The notes: generated by a model from the sequence alone, not told the origin. A stretch of 64,000 nt of DNA from Bacteroidota bacterium (GCA_037128705.1 JBAXVX010000005.1:34155-98154); one strand, 5' to 3'. Positions 48,574 through 57,137 are shown, counted from the stretch's first letter. A program made the numbers and translations.

Positions 48574-49215
48574 ATGGGTGAAATAATAGTTGAAGAAAAA
48601 GGGAAAAAGGGTGGTAAGCGCCATGCGAAGAAACACAGCACCCGCATCGATATGACCCCCATGGTCGACCTGATGTGCTTGCTCATTACCTTCTTTATGC
48701 TCACCACGGCTTTTAGCAAACCCAAAGTCATGGTCATTACCATGCCTGAAAAAACGGATGACCCAACCGATAAAAACCGACCGGAAATTCCGAAAAACAG
48801 AACCTTGAATATTTTGATTACAGAGGGTCATAAAGTCTATTATTACATTGGCATTGCAGACCCGAAAAAGCCTAAGGAATTGCCTCAGCTTGTCAAGACC
48901 AACTTCAGTAAGGACGGGATCAGGAAATTCTTGTTGATCAAGAACAAGGACCTTTTCACAAAAATTGCTGAATACCGTGATAAACGGATTACAGGGAAGA
49001 CGGTAGTGGCAGATACTACAGCCGATAACGCGATAAAGAAAATGAAAAAAGAGGATCAGAAAGGCCCTATCGTTCTAATCAAGGCTGATGAAAAAGCAAA
49101 ATATAAGGATATGGTTGATATCATCGACGAAATGGCCATTTGCAACATTGCCAGTTATGCCGTGGTTGATCCATCGCCAACAGAACTGGAAATGTTGAAA
49201 ACAGCTCCAAAATAA
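48574..49215 (+). CDS. exbD: ExbD/TolR biopolymer transport protein (second copy)
   Basis: IDMTPMVDLMCLLITFFML motif. Confidence 0.8.
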   Translation: MGEIIVEEKGKKGGKRHAKKHSTRIDMTPMVDLMCLLITFFMLTTAFSKPKVMVITMPEKTDDPTDKNRPEIPKNRTLNILITEGHKVYYYIGIADPKKPKELPQLVKTNFSKDGIRKFLLIKNKDLFTKIAEYRDKRITGKTVVADTTADNAIKKMKKEDQKGPIVLIKADEKAKYKDMVDIIDEMAICNIASYAVVDPSPTELEMLKTAPK

Positions 49216-49253
49216 TCAGAGATATTGTGGTTAACACGTTAAAAAAATAGTGT

Positions 49254-50036
49254 ATGGCAATTGAAACACAGCATGTAGAACCGCTGGAGGATATTGTTTT
49301 CAAAAACAGGAACAAGGAGTATGGGTCATATTACCTGCGTAAAAAGTACAGGAGATTCGTGACCATCTCATTGATCGCCGGTATTCTGTTGATAGGAGTT
49401 GTTGTGGCTTATCCACTGATCAATGCCTATATCAATAAAGAACGGCTGATCAGGGAAAAGGAAAAAGAGGTTGGTGTAACCATCGAAAACATTAAGCAGG
49501 AAGAAGCACCTCCGCCTCCTCCTCCTCCTCCTCCTCCCGAAGCCATGGTTGAAAAAGTTAAGTTCACGGCCCCTGTTGTTGTAGAAGATACAACAATTGA
49601 AGTAAGTATGGCTAACATGGATGATCTGAATAAAAAAGGCAATGTTGAAGCTCCAACCGAAGATGTCGTTGTTGAAGTAAAAGATGAAGGCCCCAAAGTA
49701 ATTGAAACCCCGCAGCAGGCTGAAATTTTTACCGTTGTGGAAGAGCAGCCAGGTTATCCTGGTGGTGAAGAGGCCCGTATTTCTTACCTTCAGCAGAACA
49801 TCAAATATCCTGAAGAGGCCAAGGAATTGGGGATCCAGGGTAAAGTGTTCGTGACCTTCGTGGTTGAAGTTGACGGCTCCATCACCGATGTCCGCGTTCT
49901 CCGTGGTATCGGCGGCGGGTGCGACGAAGAGGCCATCCGGGTTGTAAAGTCGATGCCCAAATGGGTTCCCGGCAAACAGCGCGGCGTTCCTGTTCGTGTA
50001 CAATTCAATTTACCGATCAAATTTACGTTGCAATAG
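49254..50036 (+). CDS. tonB: energy transducer TonB
   Basis: N-terminal TM anchor, a run of ten prolines, and the C-terminal TonB domain (EEQPGYPGGEEA...GIQGKVFVTFVVEVDGSITDVRVLRG...). Confidence 0.85.
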   Translation: MAIETQHVEPLEDIVFKNRNKEYGSYYLRKKYRRFVTISLIAGILLIGVVVAYPLINAYINKERLIREKEKEVGVTIENIKQEEAPPPPPPPPPPEAMVEKVKFTAPVVVEDTTIEVSMANMDDLNKKGNVEAPTEDVVVEVKDEGPKVIETPQQAEIFTVVEEQPGYPGGEEARISYLQQNIKYPEEAKELGIQGKVFVTFVVEVDGSITDVRVLRGIGGGCDEEAIRVVKSMPKWVPGKQRGVPVRVQFNLPIKFTLQ

Positions 50037-50040
50037 AAAT

Positions 50041-50068
50041 CGTGATACGTGACACGTGACGTGTGACA
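50041..50068. repeat. 7-nt tandem repeat CGTGATA CGTGACA CGTGACG TGTGACA, 4 nt after tonB stop
   Basis: Read directly. Reverse-complement family of the CGTCACG arrays in ispG and flxB. Confidence 0.75.
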
Positions 50069-50074
50069 AAAATC

Positions 50075-50107
50075 AAGGCGAGCCCATCCGGGTTCGCCTT
50101 TTTTTTG
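50075..50107 (+). terminator. Rho-independent terminator after tonB
   Basis: Stem AAGGCGAGCCC / GGGTTCGCCTT (11 bp including one G-U pair), loop ATCC, followed by a run of eight T. Confidence 0.75.
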
Positions 50108-50253
50108 AACATCCGGATTTGAAAACCACCCGCAGACTGGCCGATGGTTTCTGGTGTATATCATTACCAGATCAGTTGTTGTATTTAAAACCTGTTTAAA
50201 TCATTGATGGCCTTCATTCAATAATTTAGAACACTTCCAAAAAAAACTTTTTG

Positions 50254-50261
50254 TAACTTTG
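50254..50261 (+). promoter_or_regulatory. candidate -7 box TAACTTTG upstream of hdrC
   Basis: Matches TAnnTTTG, 33 nt upstream of the ATG at 50295. Confidence 0.4.
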
Positions 50262-50263
50262 TC

Positions 50264-50281
50264 CTGTTAACTAATTAACAA
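50264..50281 (+). promoter_or_regulatory. dyad CTGTTAA-ctaa-TTAACAA (Rex-box-like) in hdrC leader
   Basis: Read directly. 6-bp perfect inverted arms TGTTAA/TTAACA with a 4-nt spacer, located between the -7 box and the start codon. Confidence 0.45.
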
Positions 50282-50294
50282 TACAAAATTTACT

Positions 50295-50864
50295 ATGATA
50301 ACACTTGGAACTCAGGGAAAAAACACATTTCTGGAGGCCGTCAATGTCAAGAGCGGCGCCAATGTGCTTGAATGTTATCAATGCGGCAAATGTGTAAGCA
50401 CCTGTCCGGTGTCGCAATACATGGATTTTCCACCGCGCGAAATCATGCAGATGATCAAACTGGGGTTGAAAAATGAGTGCTATATGGCAAACTCCCATTG
50501 GTTTTGCCTCACCTGTTCAGCCTGTTCAGGCCGGTGCCCGCGGGAAATCGATATTCCTGCGGTTATGGAGGCGGTCCGCCACCTTGCCATCGAAGAGAAT
50601 TACATCAACGATTCTAAAAAGGTAAAGGAGATCCGTAAATTCCATGAAATCTTCCTTGCCATGATCAAACGGTACGGGCGTAATTATGAACTTCGCATGA
50701 TGGCCGAGTTCAACATCCGTACACGCAACCTGTTCAAAGATATGCACCTGGCCCCCAAAGCCCTTCTCAAGGGGAAGATACCCCTTGGCGTTAAGCCACT
50801 GAAAAGCGCAAAGGCCATCAAGCGCATGTATGAAGTTGCCGAAAAACTGGAAAAGAATAAATAA
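50295..50864 (+). CDS. hdrC: heterodisulfide reductase subunit C-like 4Fe-4S protein
   Basis: CYQCGKCVSTCP and CLTCSACSGRCP cluster motifs. 189 aa. Confidence 0.8.
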   Translation: MITLGTQGKNTFLEAVNVKSGANVLECYQCGKCVSTCPVSQYMDFPPREIMQMIKLGLKNECYMANSHWFCLTCSACSGRCPREIDIPAVMEAVRHLAIEENYINDSKKVKEIRKFHEIFLAMIKRYGRNYELRMMAEFNIRTRNLFKDMHLAPKALLKGKIPLGVKPLKSAKAIKRMYEVAEKLEKNK

Positions 50865-50875
50865 TCTGACCGACG

Positions 50876-51820
50876 ATGAAGAAATTAACCTATTTCCCGG
50901 GTTGTTCTGCACATGGTACCAGTGAGGAATTTGACAGTACCCTCAAACTGGTACTCAAAACCCTGGATGTGGAACTGGAGGACATTCCTGACTGGAACTG
51001 CTGCGGTGCCACCTCTGCCCATGTGATGACTGAGAACCTGGCCTTAGCACTTCCCTTACGTAACCTGGTACTGGCAGAAAAGCTGGAAAACAGCACCATG
51101 GGAATTGCCTGTGCATCCTGCTATCAGCGCATGAAGGTGACGAAGGTGCACTTGGATGGAAATCCCGAACTGGCCAAACGGATCAATACCACCGTGGTCG
51201 ATGAGGGAACCTACCAGGGGAACGTTGAAATAAAATCGATGCTGCAATACGCCTACGAAGATATCGGACTGGAAATCATAAAAAGCAAGGTGACCAAACC
51301 CCTCACTGGATTGAAGGTTGCCTGTTATTACGGGTGCCTTCTTACCCGTCCAAAAAACATCACCAAATTTGATTCACCCGAATACCCTGTTTCGATGGAT
51401 CAGATCTGTGAAGCCCTGGGGGCTACGGCCACTGAATTTGACTATAAAACCGAATGTTGCGGGGCCTCCTTTTCGATTTCCAACACCGAAGTGGTTGAAA
51501 ACCTGAGTGGGAAGATCCTGGAAATGGCGAAGGAAAGCGGTGCCCACGCCATCGTGGTAGCCTGTCCACTTTGCCAGTCTAACCTCGACATGCGCCAGCC
51601 CGACATTGAAAAGTTGCAGGGGATTAAATACAACATCCCTATTTTTTATTTTACGCAACTCATGGCCCTTGCATTTGGTCACCCGATCGATCAGTTGAGG
51701 TTCCCGAAGCATATCATTCCTGTTGAAGGGGCGCTGGCGAACATCGGAAAAGTTGAACCCGTGCCTGAGAAAATCAAAAAACCCATCAAAGCTGTTCAAG
51801 CAGAAAGCGAGGTTAAATAA
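50876..51820 (+). CDS. hdrB: heterodisulfide reductase subunit B-like (two CCG domains)
   Basis: CCG motifs WNCCGATSAH and TECCGASF, each with downstream Cys (CYYGC / CPLC). Confidence 0.8.
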   Translation: MKKLTYFPGCSAHGTSEEFDSTLKLVLKTLDVELEDIPDWNCCGATSAHVMTENLALALPLRNLVLAEKLENSTMGIACASCYQRMKVTKVHLDGNPELAKRINTTVVDEGTYQGNVEIKSMLQYAYEDIGLEIIKSKVTKPLTGLKVACYYGCLLTRPKNITKFDSPEYPVSMDQICEALGATATEFDYKTECCGASFSISNTEVVENLSGKILEMAKESGAHAIVVACPLCQSNLDMRQPDIEKLQGIKYNIPIFYFTQLMALAFGHPIDQLRFPKHIIPVEGALANIGKVEPVPEKIKKPIKAVQAESEVK

Positions 51821-53793
51821 TGGCAAGAGTAGGAGTTTTCATCTGTTTTTGCGGCGCAAACATTGCCGACTATGTGGATGTCCCCCAGGTTGTTGAGGAG
51901 GTAAAACGCATCAAGGAGGTCAAGTACGCCATTGAATATAAATACATGTGCTCTGATCCGGGGCAGGGTTTGATCCGCGATGCCATTGTGCAGCACAAAC
52001 TCACTTCAATCGTTGTGGCAGCCTGTTCACCCAGGATGCATGAAAAAACCTTCCGCAAGGCATTGTCCGATGCCGGGATGAATCCATATCTGCTGGAGGT
52101 GGCAAATATCCGCGAACATTCCTCCTGGGTTCATCAGAAGGATAAAAAAGCAGCCACAGAGAAGGCCATGGACCTCTGCCGCATGGCGGTGGCCAAATCC
52201 ATTGCCAATGAGCAATTGCATGAAATTTCGGTACCCGTAACCAAGCGTGCCCTGGTGATCGGCGGCGGAATTGCCGGCATCCAGGCTGCACTCGATATTG
52301 CCGATGCCCGCATTCCTGTCGTACTCGTTGAGAAAAGCCCATCCATTGGCGGCAAAATGGCCCAGCTGGATGAGACCTTTCCTACCCTCGACTGCGCCCA
52401 GTGCATCCTCACACCCAAGATGGTAGATGTGGCCTCCCATCCCTACATTGAACTCATTCCTTACGCAGAAGTTCTTGAATTGCAAGGATTTGTCGGCAAC
52501 TACAAGGTCAAGATCAAAAAGAAAGCATCCTATGTGAATTTCAAAACCTGTACCGGTTGCGGCGCCTGCTGGCAGAAATGTCCTGTAAAGGTTCCCAATG
52601 AGTACAACATGGGCATCGACAAGCGGAAGGCGATCTATACGCCATTTCCGCAAGCAGTTCCGAACAAGCCGGTCATCGATGCCGAACATTGCACCATGTT
52701 ACAGAAAGGGAAATGCGGCATCTGCGCCAAAGTTTGTCTGCCAGGTGCCATTGATTACCAGATGCAGGACGAGATCATCGAACGCGAAATAGGGGCGGTG
52801 GTTGTGGCTACAGGATACGATATGTGGGATCCAACGCCGTATGAAGAATATGGAGTAGGCCGTTTCAAGGACATCATCACCTCTTTGGAATTTGAGCGCA
52901 TGGTATCGGCCAACGGCCCTACCAACGGGATCCCTCTTCGCCCATCCGACGGCAAGGTGCCAAAAAATGTTGTTTTCATCAAGTGTGTTGGCTCACGCGA
53001 CGAAGCCAAAGGTATCGAATACTGCTCGAAAATCTGCTGCATGTACACTACCAAACATACCATCCTGCTGCATCATAAGGTACACGATTCCCATGCCTAT
53101 GTATTTTACATGGACATCCGTGCTGCAGGAAAAGGGTACGAAGAATTTGTGAAGAAAGCCCAGGTTGACACCGGCACAACATACCTTCGTGGTCGTGTTT
53201 CAAAGATATACAAGAAGGGCGACAAACTGATGGTGCGCGGCGAAGATGCCCAGATCGGCCAGGTCGTTGAAGTGGAAGCCGACCTTGTGGTGCTGGCCAC
53301 TGCCGTAAGCGCTCCGAAAGATAATCCGGAACTTGCCCGTTTACTGGGTATATCATACGATAAATATGGTTACCTGTCGGAAGCGCACCCCAAGCTTCGC
53401 CCGGTGGAAACAGCCAAGGCAGGAATCTTCCTGGCAGGTTGCACCCAGGCCCCAAAGGACATCCCAGAAACCGTATCACAGGCTTCAGCTTGTGCTGCCA
53501 AGGTTTGCGGCCTCTTTGCCGGCGATACCATGAAGAAGGACCCGATGGTTTCGACCATTAGCAACGAATATTGCTCCGGGTGCCAGAACTGTGTAAAGGT
53601 TTGTCCCTATGGCGCCATCGTCACCGATGATGTACCAGTCGGACATGGTTCAAAGGATCTGCGCACTGTGGCAAAGATCAATGAAGGCGTTTGCCAGGGT
53701 TGCGGCTCCTGTGTGGCAGTTTGCCGGAGTATGGCCATCACCCTTGCTGGCTTTACTGATTCTCAAATCATTAACGAGATAGTTTCAATCTAA
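51820..53793 (+). CDS. hdrA: heterodisulfide reductase subunit A-like FAD/FeS flavoprotein
   Basis: FAD dinucleotide fold ALVIGGGIAGIQAALDIA. 4Fe-4S motifs CTGCGACWQKCP, CGICAKVCLPGA, CSGCQNCVKVCP and CQGCGSCVAVC. TAATG overlap with hdrB. Confidence 0.85.
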   Translation: MARVGVFICFCGANIADYVDVPQVVEEVKRIKEVKYAIEYKYMCSDPGQGLIRDAIVQHKLTSIVVAACSPRMHEKTFRKALSDAGMNPYLLEVANIREHSSWVHQKDKKAATEKAMDLCRMAVAKSIANEQLHEISVPVTKRALVIGGGIAGIQAALDIADARIPVVLVEKSPSIGGKMAQLDETFPTLDCAQCILTPKMVDVASHPYIELIPYAEVLELQGFVGNYKVKIKKKASYVNFKTCTGCGACWQKCPVKVPNEYNMGIDKRKAIYTPFPQAVPNKPVIDAEHCTMLQKGKCGICAKVCLPGAIDYQMQDEIIEREIGAVVVATGYDMWDPTPYEEYGVGRFKDIITSLEFERMVSANGPTNGIPLRPSDGKVPKNVVFIKCVGSRDEAKGIEYCSKICCMYTTKHTILLHHKVHDSHAYVFYMDIRAAGKGYEEFVKKAQVDTGTTYLRGRVSKIYKKGDKLMVRGEDAQIGQVVEVEADLVVLATAVSAPKDNPELARLLGISYDKYGYLSEAHPKLRPVETAKAGIFLAGCTQAPKDIPETVSQASACAAKVCGLFAGDTMKKDPMVSTISNEYCSGCQNCVKVCPYGAIVTDDVPVGHGSKDLRTVAKINEGVCQGCGSCVAVCRSMAITLAGFTDSQIINEIVSI

Positions 53794-54281
53794 TGGAAGC
53801 AGAAGTAAAAGATCAACTTGTAAGCATTGAAAAGCCCGAATTGGTTGCCCCTCCCAACTGGGAACCGGTGATCATGGGCATATTGTGCAACTGGTGTTCC
53901 TATGCAGGATCGGACCTCACAGGTACATCCCGGATACAGTATCCTCCCAACATCCGCATCATCAGGGTGCCCTGTTCCTCGAGGGTTGATCCGTGGTTCC
54001 TGATCAAATCACTGCAGACCACAGCCGATGGCGTACTTGTTTCCGGATGTCATCCGGGTGACTGCCACTACATCAGCGGGAACTATTATGCCCGCCGCCG
54101 CTTCCTGGTGACTAAGAAACTGTTGAATTTCGTAGGTTTCCATGAAAACAGGATTCAGTTCTCCTGGGTTTCGGCAGCTGAGGGTCCCAAATTCGCGAAG
54201 GTTGTGGCCAAAGTGACCGAAGACATAAAGAAACTCGGCCCGCTTCATTTGTACAAAAAAGAAAATTTCGAAAAGAAATGA
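53793..54281 (+). CDS. flxD: MvhD-like (methyl-viologen-reducing hydrogenase delta subunit) protein, FlxD
   Basis: ILCNWCSYAGSDL...IIRVPCSSRVD...VSGCHPGDCHY is the canonical MvhD/FlpD signature. TAATG overlap with hdrA. Confidence 0.8.
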   Translation: MEAEVKDQLVSIEKPELVAPPNWEPVIMGILCNWCSYAGSDLTGTSRIQYPPNIRIIRVPCSSRVDPWFLIKSLQTTADGVLVSGCHPGDCHYISGNYYARRRFLVTKKLLNFVGFHENRIQFSWVSAAEGPKFAKVVAKVTEDIKKLGPLHLYKKENFEKK

Positions 54282-55129
54282 ACTATACGAAACAGATCCA
54301 GGACATTGCGGCGAAGCTTTTTGCTGAAGGAAAGATCGATGTGTTCGTTGGTTACCGTATGAACGGTTTCGACGACAATCAGGTTCCGGTGCTGATTACC
54401 GACCCGCAGGATGTGTCCAAACTGGTGTTCACCGATAAATCGGTATTCAACCTGGTAAATTACCTTAAAACCGATCATACCCGCAAAAAAAGGGTGGGAT
54501 TGGTGGTAAAGGGGTGTGACAGCCGTTCACTCAACCTGATGCTTACCGAAAATCAGGTGAAACGTGAAAACCTATATGTAGTCGGAATATGCTGCGAAGG
54601 AGTCGTGGATGAGGCCGGGCAGAAAATACAGAACTGCATGGAGTGCACAGTTCCCGATGCCGTTGTGAGCGATGAAATGCTTGGTACCCCGGCTGGAAGG
54701 AGACCCTACAAGGTGAATGTGGATATTGCAGCACTCGCTGAAAAGCCGCTTACTGAAAGAGCCGCCTATTTTGAAGAGATATTCGAAAACTGCATTCGCT
54801 GCAATGCATGCCGCCATTCGTGCCCCTTGTGTTACTGCGCAAAATGCTGCATTGACCAGGAGACCTCGACCCTTTATAACGGAGCCAATACAACCTCTGC
54901 TGCCTTCCATGCCCTGATGACATGGTCGCTTCACCTGGCAGGCCGTTGTGTTGACTGCCGTAACTGCGAGAAAGCCTGTCCGAGCCACCTGCCGCTGCAT
55001 CTGCTGCATAAACAGAATGAAAGTGTGATCTTTGAGAATTTCCAGGAGCATATGGCTGGGGTTATTCCCGAAGACAGAGGTGCCTTTTACAAATACAGTC
55101 TGAAAGATCCAGATGATTTTATCATGTAA
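54278..55129 (+). CDS. flxC: 4Fe-4S cluster protein, FlxC-like
   Basis: CIRCNACRHSCPLCYC and CVDCRNCEKACP. ATGA overlap with flxD. Confidence 0.65.
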   Translation: MNYTKQIQDIAAKLFAEGKIDVFVGYRMNGFDDNQVPVLITDPQDVSKLVFTDKSVFNLVNYLKTDHTRKKRVGLVVKGCDSRSLNLMLTENQVKRENLYVVGICCEGVVDEAGQKIQNCMECTVPDAVVSDEMLGTPAGRRPYKVNVDIAALAEKPLTERAAYFEEIFENCIRCNACRHSCPLCYCAKCCIDQETSTLYNGANTTSAAFHALMTWSLHLAGRCVDCRNCEKACPSHLPLHLLHKQNESVIFENFQEHMAGVIPEDRGAFYKYSLKDPDDFIM

Positions 55130-55144
55130 TCCGAAGCAGAACTT

Positions 55145-56188
55145 ATGAGCGTTGAAACATTTGTTACCGATAAAGCTGGCTTGCAGAAGTTTTATGAAGC
55201 CATCATGGCCGTTAGAGAAACCTATGCCCCGGTAGAAAAATTCGGCAAATTTGATTTTAAGCGGGTGACGCACCTTTCAGAATGCAACCCCGAGTCGCCG
55301 ATTGCGAAGACCCAGAGCATCAAGCCCTTGTTCTTCCCCCGTACGGCCAAGGTGATGAAGTATGTGGCCACCAGTGCCGGAACCGATGTATCAGAGGTGG
55401 ATGAGGATCCACTGGCGGTCAAACGGGTTATCCTGGGTGCCAAGCATTGTGATGCCCGTGCCTTGCAGGTCCTTGATAAGGTGTACAACTGGGATTACAT
55501 CGACACGGATTATCAGAAACGCCGGGAGAATACCCTGATCATCTCCACACGTTGCGATCAAGCCGACACCCATTGTTTCTGCACTTCGCTCGATTATGAC
55601 CTGGAGAACCTCGATGCCATGGATGTACTTATTGTCCATGGTGCAGAAGATAAAGTCTATATCAAGTCAAGAACTGAAAAAGGCGCAGAACTCCTGAAAA
55701 CCGATGTCACGCGTCACGCGTCACGCGTCACGGAAGAAGCCGCAGCCCCCGGCCTGAAAAAGCAATACGAAGCCTTTGCAGGCTCCTTCCGGCTTAAGAT
55801 GGATTATCAGGAGGTTAATGCAAAATTATCGAAGATCTTCGACACGCCTGAATTTGAAAACGTATCAGGTAATTGTATAAGCTGCAACACGTGCGCCTTC
55901 GTTTGTCCGACCTGCCATTGCTTCAAGATCTCCGATGAAAAGGTAAAGGATACCGGAGTACGCTACAAAAGCTATGACTCCTGCAACAATGGCTATTTTA
56001 CCCTGATGGCAGGCGGTCACAATCCCCGTCCGGCTAAGTACCGCCGCTGGAGGCAGCGTGCGATGCATAAATTCGTTTACTACAAGGAACGCTTTGGTGA
56101 AAATCTCTGCGTGGGTTGTGGAAAATGTACAATTGCATGTCCGGTGAACATCAGCATTTTTGAGGTGGTAAATCAGGTGACAGGGTAA
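55145..56188 (+). CDS. flxB: 4Fe-4S cluster protein, FlxB-like (AsrA / sulfhydrogenase-beta-like)
   Basis: CISCNTCAFVCPTCHCF and CVGCGKCTIACP. Contains an in-frame heptamer array. Confidence 0.65.
   Translation: MSVETFVTDKAGLQKFYEAIMAVRETYAPVEKFGKFDFKRVTHLSECNPESPIAKTQSIKPLFFPRTAKVMKYVATSAGTDVSEVDEDPLAVKRVILGAKHCDARALQVLDKVYNWDYIDTDYQKRRENTLIISTRCDQADTHCFCTSLDYDLENLDAMDVLIVHGAEDKVYIKSRTEKGAELLKTDVTRHASRVTEEAAAPGLKKQYEAFAGSFRLKMDYQEVNAKLSKIFDTPEFENVSGNCISCNTCAFVCPTCHCFKISDEKVKDTGVRYKSYDSCNNGYFTLMAGGHNPRPAKYRRWRQRAMHKFVYYKERFGENLCVGCGKCTIACPVNISIFEVVNQVTG
55705..55732. repeat. 7-nt tandem repeat TGTCACG (CGTCACG)x3 inside flxB
   Basis: Read directly. Encodes TDVTRHASRVTE, nearly the same peptide as the ispG insertion. 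Confidence 0.85.
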
Positions 56189-56244
56189 CAAGGTAACAGG
56201 GTAACAAGGTAACAGGGTGACAAGGTAACAGGGTGACAAGGTGG
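56176..56244. repeat. 8-nt tandem repeat GGTRACAR, 8.5 units, spanning the flxB stop codon
   Basis: GGTGACAG GGTAACAA GGTAACAG GGTAACAA GGTAACAG GGTGACAA GGTAACAG GGTGACAA GGTGG. The stop TAA at 56186..56188 lies in unit 2. Confidence 0.9.
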
Positions 56245-56293
56245 ATAATTTTTTAATTAGTATTTAGAAATTCAACAATTCAATAATTCTGAG

Positions 56294-57127
56294 ATGGAAC
56301 AGCTTCTAGTCCCGATGATCTGCAAGGTTGACAAAGTCATCGAGGAAACACCCGACATCCGTACCTACCGCCTGAAATTCAGGGACGAAGGGATGATGGA
56401 GAAATTCACCTTTCTTCCCGGTCAGTTTGTGGAATTCTCACTCCTGGGCTCAGGCGAATGTACCTTTTGCATCGCATCCTCGGGTACCCGCAAAGGATAT
56501 TTTGACTGCTCCATCAAGAAGGCGGGCGTTGTGACTGCCGATATCCATACCAGCCTCGAAGAGGGTGATGAAGTAGGCATCCGCGGTCCGTTCGGGAATT
56601 GGTTTCCCCTGGAAGATATCAAAGGAAAAAACCTGTTGTTTGTTGCTGGTGGCATAGGCCTGGCTCCCTTGCGGTCACTCATTCAGTATTGTATTGACAA
56701 CCGAAGCGATTACAAGGATTTCACCATCCTTTATGGTGCCCGAACTTCTGCTGATCTGTGTTACAAGGATGAAATCAAGGAATGGCAGGATAACAAAAGC
56801 CTGAAAGTGGTTCTCACCATTGATAAACCGGAAGAAACCTGGACCACCCATGTCGGGGTTGTGCCTAAAATCCTCGAAGAGGTTGTGAAGCCGGTGATCG
56901 AAAACACCAAGGTGATCACCTGCGGTCCCCCGATCATGATCAAATACACCATCCAGTCGCTACTTAAGCTTGGTTTTGCCGATAAAGATATCATAACCAC
57001 ACTGGAAATGAAAATGCAGTGCGGGCTTGGAAAATGCGGCAGGTGCAATATCGGCTCCACCTATGTTTGCAAGGATGGCCCTGTATTCACAAACGAACAG
57101 CTGAAGAGGCTGCCCGACGAGTTCTAA
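56294..57127 (+). CDS. flxA: FAD/NAD(P)-binding oxidoreductase with C-terminal [2Fe-2S] (PyrK/AsrB-like), FlxA
   Basis: FNR-like fold (PGQFVEF, FVAGGIGLAPL) and C-terminal CGLGKCGRCNIGSTYVCKDGPVF. Confidence 0.75.
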   Translation: MEQLLVPMICKVDKVIEETPDIRTYRLKFRDEGMMEKFTFLPGQFVEFSLLGSGECTFCIASSGTRKGYFDCSIKKAGVVTADIHTSLEEGDEVGIRGPFGNWFPLEDIKGKNLLFVAGGIGLAPLRSLIQYCIDNRSDYKDFTILYGARTSADLCYKDEIKEWQDNKSLKVVLTIDKPEETWTTHVGVVPKILEEVVKPVIENTKVITCGPPIMIKYTIQSLLKLGFADKDIITTLEMKMQCGLGKCGRCNIGSTYVCKDGPVFTNEQLKRLPDEF

Positions 57128-57137
57128 TCGATTTTTC

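Noticed and set aside
49507-49536. CCT/CCG-rich simple repeat in tonB as a possible phase-variation tract
   Set aside because: It encodes the canonical proline-rich rigid linker of TonB (a run of ten prolines). Trinucleotide periodicity keeps it in frame, so it is not a frameshift switch.
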